This document shows, one piece after another, positions 52,616 through 64,000 of a DNA stretch of 64,000 nt. Origin of the DNA: Camelus dromedarius (Eukaryota); assembly GCF_036321535.1 (NCBI RefSeq), contig NC_087438.1, positions 8,000,001 to 8,064,000 on the forward strand, in the 5' to 3' direction. The translations under genes and the position numbers were made by a program. The stretch's first letter is position 1. Every line of letters starts with the position of its first letter. The notes under the pieces are model-generated. The model worked only from the letters and a program-made list of their open reading frames with translations. It was not told where the DNA came from and did no database searches.

Positions 52616-53256
52616 AAAAGGGAACCCTCCTACACTGCTGGTGGGAATGTAATTTGTTGCAGTCACTATGAAGAATAGTGTGGAGATTCCTTTGAAAAGT
52701 AAAAATAGACTCACCATATGACTCCACCAATCCCTCTCCTGGGCATGTATCTGGAGAAAACTCTAATTTGAAAAGATACATGAACCCCAATGTTCATAGC
52801 AGCACTATTTACAACAGCCAAGACATGGAAACAACCTAAATGTCCACCGACAGATGACTGGATAAAAAAGCTGTGGTATATATATATAATGGAATACAAC
52901 TCAGCCATAAAAAGGAATGAAATGATGCCATTTGCAGCAACATGGATGGACCTAGAGATGATCATACCAAGTGAAGTAAGCCAGAAAGAGGGAGAGAAAT
53001 ACCACATGATATCATTTATATATGGAATCTAAAAAATGATACAAATGAATTTACAAAACATAAACCGACTTACAGACATAAAAAACAAATTTATGATTAT
53101 CAAAGGGGGAAGGGTGGGGGGATAAAAGAGGATTTTGGGATTAGCAGATACTAACTACTATATATAAAATAGGTAGACAACAAGGTCCTACTATATAGCA
53201 CAGGGAACTATCTTCAATATCTTGTAATAGCCTATAATGAAAAAGAATATGAAAAA

Positions 53257-53292
<36 letters not shown>

Positions 53293-53379
53293 CTGAATCA
53301 CTATGCTGTATACCAAAAATCAACACAACTTTATAAACCAACTATACGTCAATAAAAAAGTTTTTAAAGGAAAAAAAAA
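52616..53379 (+). mobile_element. Young L1 3' end
   Basis: MFIAALFTTAKTWKQPKCPPTDDWIKKLWYIYIMEYNSAIKRNE; 19-bp TSD AAAAAGAATGGGCTCTCTG (52597-52615) / AAAAAGAATGGACTCTCTG (53380-53398) at a TT/AAAA site. Confidence 0.95.
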
Positions 53380-54935
53380 AAAAAGAATGGACTCTCTGCT
53401 TCATCTCTTCCTTCTTTTATTCATCCTGCTCCTAGATTTCTATTTCTAAAGTTAAGTCTGATATCACTCTGCCTGCAACAATAATACCCACATTTCTGAA
53501 GATGGTAGTTTCTAAAACCTCAATGTTCTCCTCCAAGGTGCCCATCCTTCCCACCACAGGACCCAGCCCTGCCAACAGACCCCTGGCTGCCATCAGTGAG
53601 CATCTTTCCCACTCTGTCTGCCAGGGTTGCATTCCCCTCCCTCCACCTCCAAACCCGACTCATCCTTCAAAGCTTGGTGGAAATGTCTGGTCTGTAGTCT
53701 TTCTAATTCCCCAGTGGGAGTTAACCCCTCTTTCTCCTCTTTTCTCCATCAGCATATTTTCTCAAGCATATATAAACCGAGGAAGGCAGGCACTGGAACC
53801 CGTCCCATGCCACTGGTATGACAATGCATTATACATAGTTACCAGATTATCTCCATAGCTTTCTTCTGCCTTGAGTTATTTGGCAATAGATCAGAAGCCA
53901 GATGCTTCCATCAACGTTGTTAGGAAAATAGGCTCCCTGGGCTGTGTGGGGTGAAGCCAGGGGTGTCTGTTTTTCTATAGCCATTTTTTAATTGAAAAGG
54001 TACCAGAATCATCATATCATCCATTGGATGAAGAATCAAGCTATTCATCATTCAGTTGCCTTGGAAACAGGAAGAATTTAGCTTTCTTGATCTGCTATCT
54101 TTACAGAACGTACGGGTTCAACTTGGGCCCTGTTATGCAAGGCACAGCTATCTTTAAAATGTAGGGGTGTGCTTTTATATCCACACGTATGCACAGGACT
54201 GTCTGATGCTTTGATCTTTCACTGTGTTGCTGAGTCAAAATGCCTGAAAGGTTGGGCTTGCATTGTGCCCAATGAAAAGGCAGAGAGAACCAAGTTTGAT
54301 CTCAAATTCATATAATCCAGTCTTCATAGTGACAGCTCCACATTCTGCTTCACAACTGAGGATTACCACCTTCCCGGGGACTGTGCTTCCCGTCTGTAGC
54401 CCTCTCCGGGACAACACAGTGTCCCGGAGTTCCGGGAGGTGCCCGCCGACCTGACTGCTGTCCCTGACGTGGTGGGCCCCTGAGGACGCCACGTGCCAGT
54501 GAGACGAAGCTACTTTGCTCAAAGTGAGACGTCAAGGCTCTTTTCCTGAACTGCCTCGAGTCACTTATCAGTCCCCGGGGTCAAATTAGTCTCCATGGTT
54601 TATCTTGACTCTTTCCACACGCCACACTCAGAAGTGGTTTTATCCCCTCTTTCTCTGCTTTTGAGTCAGTAACGAAGTGAGACTAGATCAGAGTCCATGT
54701 CCCTGAGATAATACCCAAACCACAGAGAAGTGCGTGTGTGTGAGCATATGGTTATGTGTGTGCATGTGTGTGTGCGCATGTGTTCACGGATGCAGAGCAC
54801 AAAGCAAAGGCGCCAACTGGTGGAGGCAACGTTGAAAGGAATATCTTCTTATTCTCCCATTAGGCCACATGAGGCCCTCTTTGTGATGAACATGTGGTAA
54901 AGAGAGTAATGGGCCAAGGGGCTAATGGAAACTCC

Positions 54936-55024
54936 CTAGGGTCAGGGTCAGGGTCAGGGTTAGGTTAGGGTTAGGGTTAGGATTAGGGTTAAGGTGAGTG
55001 TTAGTTTTAGGGTAAGTGTGAGTG
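54936..55024 (+). repeat. Interstitial telomere-like hexamer array (TTAGGG plus TCAGGG variants)
   Basis: CTAGGG (TCAGGG)3 TTAGG (TTAGGG)2 TTAGGA TTAGGG TTAAGG TGAGTG TTAGTT TTAGGG TAAGTG TGAGTG. Confidence 0.9.
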
Positions 55025-55414
55025 TTGCCGAAGCTTTTGAAATGGAATCCTTTTATGCTCCTATTAAATGGTGCTCAATAAACAATTTTCTACGGGAAAA
55101 AATCAGTTCCATAAGAAAGCATCAGTACGTAGTTTGGTTTAACTACATAAAAAATGTGGATTAGAGAAGATTTTGCAGAATAAAGAAAATTCATCACTTT
55201 TAAGTACATTCATTACATTGGACTCACAGTGCTGCCTATTAAAAGCCCTGCTTTAATCACTGCATGTGAAAATGTTGTGTAATTAGTGTTTTAAATTGCA
55301 TGCCTGAGAAACATGACCCTTTACTTAGATTATAATTACATTTTTTTTAAATCAAGCTGTCAATCTATTGCATTTGCAAACCTGCTTGTAACTTACCACA
55401 TATTGGTTTAGAAG

Positions 55415-55600
55415 CAGGGGGTAAGCAATCTTTTTCTGGTAAGATCAAGAGCGTAAAGATTTGAGGTTTTGCGGGACAGTCTCACACTTACTCAGCTCCT
55501 CCTTGTAGTGCAAAAACAGCCAGACAACACACTAAAAAGTGAGCATGGCTGTGCTACGATAAAACTTTATTTAAAACTCCGGCTGTCAGCCGGATCTGTC
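55415..55600. mobile_element. MER58A-like hAT MITE
   Basis: CAGGGGGTAAGCAATCTTTTTCTG...GAGCATGGCTGTGCTACGATAAAACTTTATTTA. Confidence 0.75.
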
Positions 55601-57624
55601 AATCTGGATTTAGGGAACGTGGGTTCACGTCCCGCCCAGGATCCATTAACCCAAAACTCAAAATTAGTGATGAACTGCAAGCAATGTAAAGTTTCTGTTA
55701 ATGTTTAAATTCTTTTTTATTTTGTAAGATGAATTTAGCTGCATTCAAGGCAAAAACAATCAGAAGCAATTAATAATGATGCAAATCCAGGCAATGTTTG
55801 TAATGGCTTAGATCTTCCGTTTGGATGTACCACAGTCTATCTGCTTCATTTATTAACAAATATTTGAGCTCTTCCAGTGGGCTGGGCCCTGTGCTTGGTG
55901 GTGGGTAAAGAGAAATAAACCCAACTACCCACTAGCAGGCCTCCTGCTCCCGCGGGGTCTGAAAGCTTTCAGTGCCTTGTTCATTGCAACTCGAGCGCTG
56001 AGGCCGCCTGGCGCCTAGTAGGCGTTCAAAACACCTCTGTTGACTGACTGAACTGCTGCAGCCTGTCTGACACAGCTGAAGTGAGTCCTTATCTTCCCCT
56101 CAGACTTAATTCCTCCTCCTGCCTTCATGGCTTCTATTTATAACTTTGTTTTCTAAGGTTTAAAACCCCGAAGTCATCTCTGGTGACGGCGCCCGGATCC
56201 AACCCCTCCCCTCCATCCCACACGCTGTAATCACGGTAATCTTCCTACAACTCAGCCCTGATTCTGTCAGTCCTCATTCATAACACCTGGGGAGTCGTCC
56301 TTTACTTTCAAAGACAAAGGCCCATGGCTCTCTGATGTGGACAGCGTCCCCGGGGCCCAGGTTCCCCTGTGCTCTCCCTCTGACTTTCCTGGTGACTCGC
56401 CCCAGTGGGTCCCCCTCTCATGACCCTCCTACCCTGTGAGACACTGGCACCACTCCCCGCCTCCCACCGCAGCACCCTGGACAGCTTGGCATTTTATCCT
56501 TCCAGGATAACTTTATCTCCACTTCAAAACACTATTAAAATCAATTTCCACCCCCCTCCACCCTCCTCCTTGTGGAGAATTACAGGACGCCGGCATTGCC
56601 TGTGCTCCACAGCGCCCTTCGTCCTGACTGCATCCTGCTGGAGCAGGTGGAAATCTGAACATCACTAATCTTTGGTGCAGAAAAGCGACTGCCTCCTTTT
56701 CCTCTCAATAAACACCAGTTGGTTCCAGAGCGTCTCTATTTGCTTGAGTCTGACACTGTCTTCCATCCTGTTCAGAATCTGGTGCTTTTTCAGTTCCAGT
56801 CAACTCCGAGAGACATGTCTGATTTTCAACCCTGTCACCCAGAGGAAAAACCTCTTGTTCAGAGCGCTTTCCCCTCCCCCCTCTCCTCCCTGAGCAGGAC
56901 ATGGGTCATCGGCAGGGAGCAGGGCTGCGGGCTCCACGGTGCCGAGGTCCAAAGGGTAGCAGGGACTCCAGCCTCAAGGACGGCACCCCTCTTGGCCTTC
57001 CTGGTCCCACTTTCTCCTTCAAGCCCCGATACTCCGGACCCTTCTGCAGGGATCCTGTGGAAGTGTCTGGAATCCCTGCAGGAGAGGGGAGGTCCTACCG
57101 CGCCAGGCTGCTGTCCCACTCTACTTGGGCCCTCCCAGAATTCCACCTGGGACAACCACCAGCTCCTCTCTGGGGTTTCTGACATGTCACCCCTACCCAA
57201 CCTGGCTGAACCCCAGGCAGGGGATGGGGCCTGCTGGGTGCCTTCCTGAGGGTCCCAGGCAGCGGCAAACTCCAGACTCACCGCCTCTGAATTTCTGGAC
57301 CCTCTGACTCCTACCTGATCTTTCAACTTCTTTCCAGAATTCAGGAAGTCTACTCTGGTGTTCTCTCTGGATTCCTGCCTGCTCTCCGGTCAGCCTCCAG
57401 CTGTGGTTTGGGGACCCCGTAAGTCTTCTCTCCCTATCTACATCACAGCCTGCCTTCTTAAAATCAAAGAATCTTACTGGCAAACTAAAATTTAGTTAAC
57501 CACTTTTAAATATTTGTTTGCAGCTTAAAGTTGATCAGCCATCTTCTGGTTCCTGGATCTCTCTCTTGGTGAAGAAGTGAGTATCTTGGCTGCAGTGGGG
57601 AAGGGGGCAACCAGGTGTGGCTGG

Positions 57625-57800
57625 TGGCATTGCCAGATACAATACAGGATGCTCAGTGAAATGTGACTTTCTGGCAAACAATTGATAGATTTTTAGCATA
57701 AGTATGTCCAAAATATTGTGTAGATCATATGGTACTAAATATAAATGACTGTTTATCTGAAATTTGAATTTAACTGGGCGTCACGTATTTTAATTTTGCT
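57625..57800. mobile_element. MER53-like palindromic hAT MITE
   Basis: TTGCCAGATACAATACAGGATGCTCAG...TTTATCTGAAATTTGAATTTAACTGGGCGTC. Confidence 0.75.
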
Positions 57801-58919
57801 CCAAAAATAATTATTAAATCTAATTTCCCAGTTTCTCTATTCGATTATGGTCACAAGAATTCTAAATAGAAACAGGTGTGGCTAGTAGCTGACGATTCAC
57901 CAGGAACAAAAGACATTAGTTTAATATTTTCAAAATTACGGTCTTTATACTACATTGAACTATAAAAAGTGGAGCAGATAAAACAATAACCCCATAGGGT
58001 GATCTCTTTAATAGAGGAGTACAGCTTTTTGTTATCATTTTATTAAAGATGCTACAATTTAGAGATTAGTGGAGACCTTAAATTATCTTATACTCCATGT
58101 TTCTAAAATATTACGCTAATTTATAAATAATTCTATACTGTTGACTTTTTTTTGCATTTCACCAGCTTTTATAGTAAAATATCAGGGCAGTTTTTATTTT
58201 AGATTTGTCATTGTTAGCACAACTTGAAAGAATCACTGGAAAATTACAATGAATAATATTTCTATTTAATATGTATTATCAATACATATATAAATGAGGA
58301 TATATATTTATGTTAAACACAGGAAATTCAGGGATCAATTGATTTTTGTGACTGGTTAACAGAAATACACAGCATTTCAACTTTTCCCCTCAGTAATTCT
58401 GAGAGCTAATTGATTCTGTAGAACATGCTGGAGTTGTTATTAAAAACTTCTATTTTCAGTGTTCTAGTTCAATGACATACTCATTGGTCCAGACTGGGCA
58501 GGCTTTGCCTTGGCCATGGAAATGGATGGTTAAAATTCCTAGTCTCTGGTTGGTTCTACACAGTAAGCCTGACGGCAGAGTTTGACTTGAGTGAATCTGT
58601 AAATGACATTGGGCTGGAACACTCAGATGTCTTCTAGCCAGTGGACAGAAATTAATTTCAGATAATTCTCTAGCAGTTAATAAAAAAGGCCACTTTTGGC
58701 TATTATTCACCTGGACTAACGTGCTTCCAGAGACCAAGGGTAAGAGACATTTGATACCATTCATTAGGATTTCTTTTTACAGTTCTTTTTATTATGAAGA
58801 CTTCTAAAGGTTAAAACTGATTCCAGACCTCAACTAAAAGGTTATAGCCAAGAAAAAAGTACTATCTCCGGAATATCTAATTGGCCATATTTTTTTTTAA
58901 GTTGAAAATCAGGATCAAC

Positions 58920-59160
58920 ACGACCATTTATTGAACTCTCATTAGCAGCCAGATATATCCTAAGCACTTAAGATCCAATTATCTTTTTTAATCCTTAAAA
59001 GAGCTCCATGAGGGAGGCAGTATTGCTTTATCCCCATGTGACAGACCAAGAAACTGAGTTTATTAAGGTTTATCACCTAGCTTAGGGTCACACAGCCAGT
59101 TAGCAAATGGGGACTTGCACCCATTTACCGTAGATTCTGCAGTTTCATCTGCTGTATGCC
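58920..59160. mobile_element. MIR SINE
   Basis: CATTTATTGAAC...ACAGACCAAGAAACTGAG...AGGGTCACACAGCCAGT. Confidence 0.7.
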
Positions 59161-59583
59161 ATTTACTATATCCTCTCTTCCCTGATAACAGCTTCTGTGC
59201 CTCTGGCAGCATGGTCAGCTAGAAAAATAAGACTTTAATTCCCAGAAAGCACACTTAGGAACATTCTTGCATAATTTCTAAATCTTATTACTTCTTGTCT
59301 CGTTTTTTGCCTACAATATATAATAGATTCCAAATGACACCCTGGATTGAATTTTGAACACCTCACAAATCTTTATGCCTTCCTATATTGTACTCTGTCC
59401 TTTTAAAGTACAGTTCTCGAGCTAATCATTAGTCATTTGTAATTATCTTTTCACTTGAACTAATTCCTTTCAGCCAAGAGCATATCTTCTACACAAGGTG
59501 CTTTCAAATTCTGAATATCACCATTCCTTTACATTCAAGTGATGATTATTATTTTATGTAATATATAACATAGAATTTTAAAG

Positions 59584-59726
59584 CAGCGCTTCTCAACCTG
59601 GAGTTCCCAGATCTCTGGATGGAATTCCCTAGCCCTCAAGTTAACAGCGGAATTCTAGATGGAATGTTGCCAATATATGTGAATAAAGACAAAGTTGGTA
59701 CTGTGAAGACGTCCACAGCTTTCACT

Positions 59727-59762
<36 letters not shown>

Positions 59763-59804
59763 GAGTCCACCACTTCAGGTGTAGTACCGAAGGATTAAGG
59801 TACT
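59584..59804. mobile_element. MER103-like hAT MITE with internal poly(T)32 (59730-59761)
   Basis: CAGCGCTTCTCAACCTGG start; GTCCACAGCTTTCAC motif. Confidence 0.6.
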
Positions 59805-60049
59805 AAAATAATACCTGGATTTTGACTCTACTTTGTACTGGAGCTCCTGCCAAAGCTGAGCAGAGTCCTCGGGTTAAGAGTTAGCCTCAGCCCTTGGACC
59901 CCTGCCAGGGGCAAGTGTGGTGTCCCAGAGGTGCTCAGAGGTGCCCAGGAACCTTTTGTCCCCCGGGTGGATCTTCAGGATTTGAGTTTCAGACTCCTGA
60001 CTTCGACAGACTCAGGTAACCTTATTATTTCTTTGAAAACACAAGGAGG

Positions 60050-62110
60050 CCTTCAACATGCAGACCCTCTCACTTTCCACTATCCATCACCTACGTGGCG
60101 CTGTCCCCGGCAGCCAACACAGAGCCTAGCTGCATCCACCTCATATTCCTCAGTCCCTCCACTGTCACCTGGCAGAATGCATAGCCTGGTGACATCTGGC
60201 TGGCTGTCTACTCTGCCTTGGGTCATGAATATCACTGAAGATGACCCCTAAGCCAAGCCACGGGGCCTCTCTTTAGCCTTTGACCACTCACCTCAAGTGG
60301 GCTTTCAGTCCTGCTCCAAAATCCCGCATCTGTTCTGCAGTCCGTGCACCCTCCAGCTCCCTGCGATGTGAGCTCACACCTGCTGCCCGACCCCCCAGCT
60401 CCCAAGGCCCCCACCAAGCTCCACTGAGAACCTGGCTCTTATCTTCGCTAGAAAACAAAAGCAGGCCCCCTCTCTTCACCAGACCTTGCAATCCAACTAT
60501 GTCTGCACCAATCTCCTCTGCCTTTCCTTTTCTTCAAGTTAATAAACCGTCCCCGTACCCTTTGGTGCCACTAAATCCACTCTCCCAGATGCAAGGTCCT
60601 TACCTACAATTCTTCCTCTCTCCTGCATCACTAATCTGTAATCCTTCTTCTGGGCCATTCCCACCAGCATTAAAACATGCTGTAAAATCTCTTGTCTGAA
60701 ATAAAACCAAGCAAGCATGTGCACGTGCGCACTCTTGACCCTACACATACCTCTAGGTACTGCACTATTTTCCTTTCTCTGCTCTCTTTAGGAAAAAAAA
60801 TTCCTACAAATGTCTAAATTGATAATAGTACCAAAAAGAAAATATTCGTAATGATAGCAAACACCTACGTAATGCCAAACCCTGTTTTAATTAAGTATTT
60901 TGCACATCTTATCTGGTTACTCCACCCAACAATCCTATTGCTGTTAACAATGAGGCGAGGGCTGTTACCATCCTTGTTCTACATGTGAAACCAGACTGAG
61001 TCACAAAGAGGTTAAACGACTAGTCCAAGGTCACATCAGCCAGGACCCAGATGAGCTAAGATGCAAACCAAGGTAGCTCACACTTTCAACTGCAGACTCT
61101 ACTGTCTCTCTGAATATTATCCACATTTGATGCCTACATTTCCTTACCCGTACTCTGCTGGATCCAGTAAATTCAGGGCTGAGCACCCTGCCCCCTAAAA
61201 CCTCATGCTGTGAAATCCAATGACTAATTCTCAGTCCTCATCGTCCTGGTCCTGTCAGCAGCAGTGGCAACCCGGATTACTTCCTCTTTCTCTGGCTGCT
61301 GTCTTCTAGATGCCAGAACACGGCATTGCCCTTGGTCTCCTAGCTCACTCCGTTTTCCCTGTGAGAGCCTCCGCTCTTCCAAGCCTTTACAGCTGTGAGG
61401 GCCCCTGCGTATCTTCTCTTGTTTCTCGGTTTGGGATTTACATGCTGCTAATTCCCAAAGTTTTTTCTCACCTACCCCCTCAAGCTCCAACGGCCAGGCT
61501 CCACTTGGATATAAAATAGTATCTCAAAAAAAAAAAAAAATGGACAAGCCTCAACCTGTTTCCACCTCCCCCTTCCTCCGGCCTCCCAACCTGGGTATCT
61601 CCTGGAATCGCCCATCTTAGGAAGCAGAATCCCCATTCTTTCTGCCACTCAGGACAGAACCACAGCAGTTGTCCTTACCTCCTCCTTGTTTCTAAAACTC
61701 TAAATTCAATTCTCCAGTCTGTCCTTGGGGCCCCAACTTCAACATACTTTAATTCACAAGCACCAACCAGGTCTGTGCCTCAGGGCCCTTGCACTGCCTG
61801 CTGCCAGCAGCTCAAATGCTCTTCTCCCAGATGTCGTCTCTTACTTGTCCCTATTCAAATGTCACTTCCATAGAAAACCTTTCCCTACTGCCTTGTGTAG
61901 AGCAGCACCCCGCTTAATTCTCCAGCACCTTATCTTGTTCTATTTTCTTCAGAACACTTTATCTACTTGTGATTGTGGTTCTTTGTTTAATGTCCCTTTC
62001 CTCTGACTACTACGTAAGCTCCAACAGAGTAGAAACAGTGTCTGTTTCCCAACACCGGGAACATCCACGGATGATGCTCTGATGCTCATGTAAGCATTTG
62101 TCAAATAAAG
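60050..62110 (+). mobile_element. Long degenerate L2 tract with an embedded MIR (about 60850-61100)
   Basis: L2 motifs AAATCCAATGACTAATTCTCAGTCCTCATC, GCCTCAGGGCCCTTGCACT and TTCAAATGTCACTTCC. Confidence 0.65.
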
Positions 62111-62410
62111 AACGTTAAGTGCCTACACCATGATTTTTTTGCAATATAGATATCTTTAGGATTACACAAAAGAAATATTTCTAAATTTAAAAATGTATGT
62201 TCAACGAACATCCTAGTTAAAGTAATCCTGTCAAATCATTTGCAAAATTTTTTGCATGGCAAATCATAGGGCATGTCCACAGTTCTAGTCAGTGTTTCAT
62301 ATTTGGAGTTTCTATAAACGACGGTCAGAATATTTTAGTACATCCTACTCTACTCCAAAATGGATCTTGTATTTCCTATTGCCATGAAGCCATCATGCCC
62401 GCAGCCTCAC

Positions 62411-62466
62411 CAAAGCAGCTGAAGAAGCCCATGCACTGACCAGGTATTTGAGAACACTGATCACAC
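62411..62466 (-). other. Candidate exon (56 nt)
   Basis: Acceptor cattatttccttttcag|G and donor TTG|gtgagg; two open frames; not recognised. Confidence 0.2.
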
Positions 62467-64000
62467 CTGAAAAGGAAATAATGCCCAGCTGTCTGTGCCA
62501 TCCTACGCGGAGTTCACCTGTGAGCTCACTGGTCACAGGCACTGCTAACTCGCATTCAACTGGCACAGTCTACTTACGGGAGAAGAAACCATCAGAAGGA
62601 AATTAAGTTGATGCTCAAATACATTTTGCGCAGCTCTCCTTTTTCTTTAGGTTTTGTCAATTCAGTTGACAGGTTTTGGCAGGAAAGAGTTCTTTAGGAA
62701 TATTAATACAGTTTGCTTTCACTCATATAAGTAAAGTTGCTTTAGTTTTTTTTTTTCCTACTAGGTTTTCTGTTTATCTAAATATTGGTGTCCTCAGACA
62801 AACCACTGACTAAATTATGGTTTAAAAAAAAAAAAAAACTTCTGTGGGTGAAGAAATAGTTCTGAATATTAAATATTTAATCAGCCCACAAAATGAAAAC
62901 GATAAGTACCTTAAAGCAGAACTGAAAAAAAATACTCTTTCATCTTCAAAAACTCTGGAAAGTAACACCAATTCTTAAGATTCAGGAAACAGAATTTAAC
63001 GTAGCTTTATGTAACCTTTTATCCAGCTTGATAAATATGTTGTCCTCAAAATATTATGCAATAAATTATATCTACTATGTTACAAATTCACACACATTAT
63101 CCTTTCTCAAATAAATGCAAAGCTTCACAATGCACCGTAAAAATCAGCTTATCACCTTTCTGCAACATGTAACATAAAACAAAAGTGGGATCAGATCCAC
63201 CACCAAGCAATTCAAACAGTTTGGGCTATCAGAAAAATTGACATAAAGATAGATAATATTTTGTGAAATAATGATCTTCTATACATGCACATTGCTGCAC
63301 CAAAAAGATTTACTTTTCCATTTTTGTCACTTGCAGACGTGTATGCTAATAAAAATGATCAGGTCAAATCAATATTACAGTCCAGAGGTCACCCGCTGTG
63401 TTCTGCAGTTTGACTGCTGGCCCACCGTTCTGGGGGCATCTCCCCACTCTGCCCAGGTGACAGCAGTAACTAGAGACAGGTTTAAAAGCTCCAGAGGACA
63501 CTCATCAAGCCAGAGACAAGTGGCTGTGATTTACTGCTAACATTACAGTATTTTTCAACACTCCTGCACATACTGCATTGAAGACGCAGTGTAATCACTG
63601 TAAAACTCTTCCCAAATTATGGTCCTATCATTATAAGATACTTTGATAATGACGTAATAAAAGTCTAAAGTTGGGATTCTGAGAAGTTCATAAAAGAGAG
63701 AAAGTAACAGTTGAAAGGAAAAGATGGGAGTCGCATGAGGGAACAGACTGCTGGTGCTGGAGAGACTGGAGAAGTACAGGACCAGCCACGCCCACGCACG
63801 CGAACGCAGTGAACAAGTGCTGGGTCAGGGTGTGGTCCTGGGTGGAGAGACTTTGAACACGGAAGACTGGCTCAGAGCGCTGTCCCTCACGTCTGATCCT
63901 GACGCAGAGGCCAGCTTCGAAGTCCGGCCCCACTTCTCCACCCCGTACGGCTTTGATTTGAGACACATGGAAATCTGATGACACCATCTCTCGGCTCGAA

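Noticed and set aside
56660..56832. Minus-strand acceptor followed by peptide-like frames
   Set aside because: Weak acceptor, stops in all frames, no donor.
15518..62466. Naming a specific host gene from the exon candidates
   Set aside because: The peptides matched no protein I can recall and the phases do not chain unambiguously.
57..63987. Six-frame ORFs as genes (longest 45807-46394, 56719-57249, 51841-52365)
   Set aside because: Short, overlapping on both strands, often crossing MIR/L2/LTR relics; the only recognisable peptides are L1 ORF2 remnants.

Overview
Mammalian (eutherian) nuclear DNA that is intronic or intergenic and repeat-rich. I recognise no protein-coding gene. The young L1 3' ends look like camelid/cetartiodactyl L1, and I see no Alu, B1/B2, Bov-A/tA, PRE or Can-SINE, so a camelid is my tentative guess (inference). 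Contents: the 3' part of a non-coding ERV1 (MER34/MER4-group-like) provirus with PPT and LTR; many solo LTRs (MER34A, MER74, MER31, MLT1, MLT2, LTR16-like); DNA-transposon fossils (Charlie1, Tigger4, MER53, MER58, MER81, MER103-like); L2/MIR/L3 relics; and eight young 5'-truncated L1 tails, all on +. Most notable: (1) a U6 snRNA/L1 chimeric retrocopy at 27174-27365 (-) nested in an MLT1 LTR, whose U6 part has decayed strongly toward GC (14 weak-to-strong vs 3 strong-to-weak changes); (2) an interstitial telomere-like array with TCAGGG variants; (3) a palindromic, homeobox-motif-rich non-coding block; (4) retroelement strand bias plus splice-site pairs hinting at an unidentified minus-strand host transcript. 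Repeat family names are from memory of consensus sequences and need RepeatMasker/Dfam confirmation. I found no evidence of a wholly new biological system.
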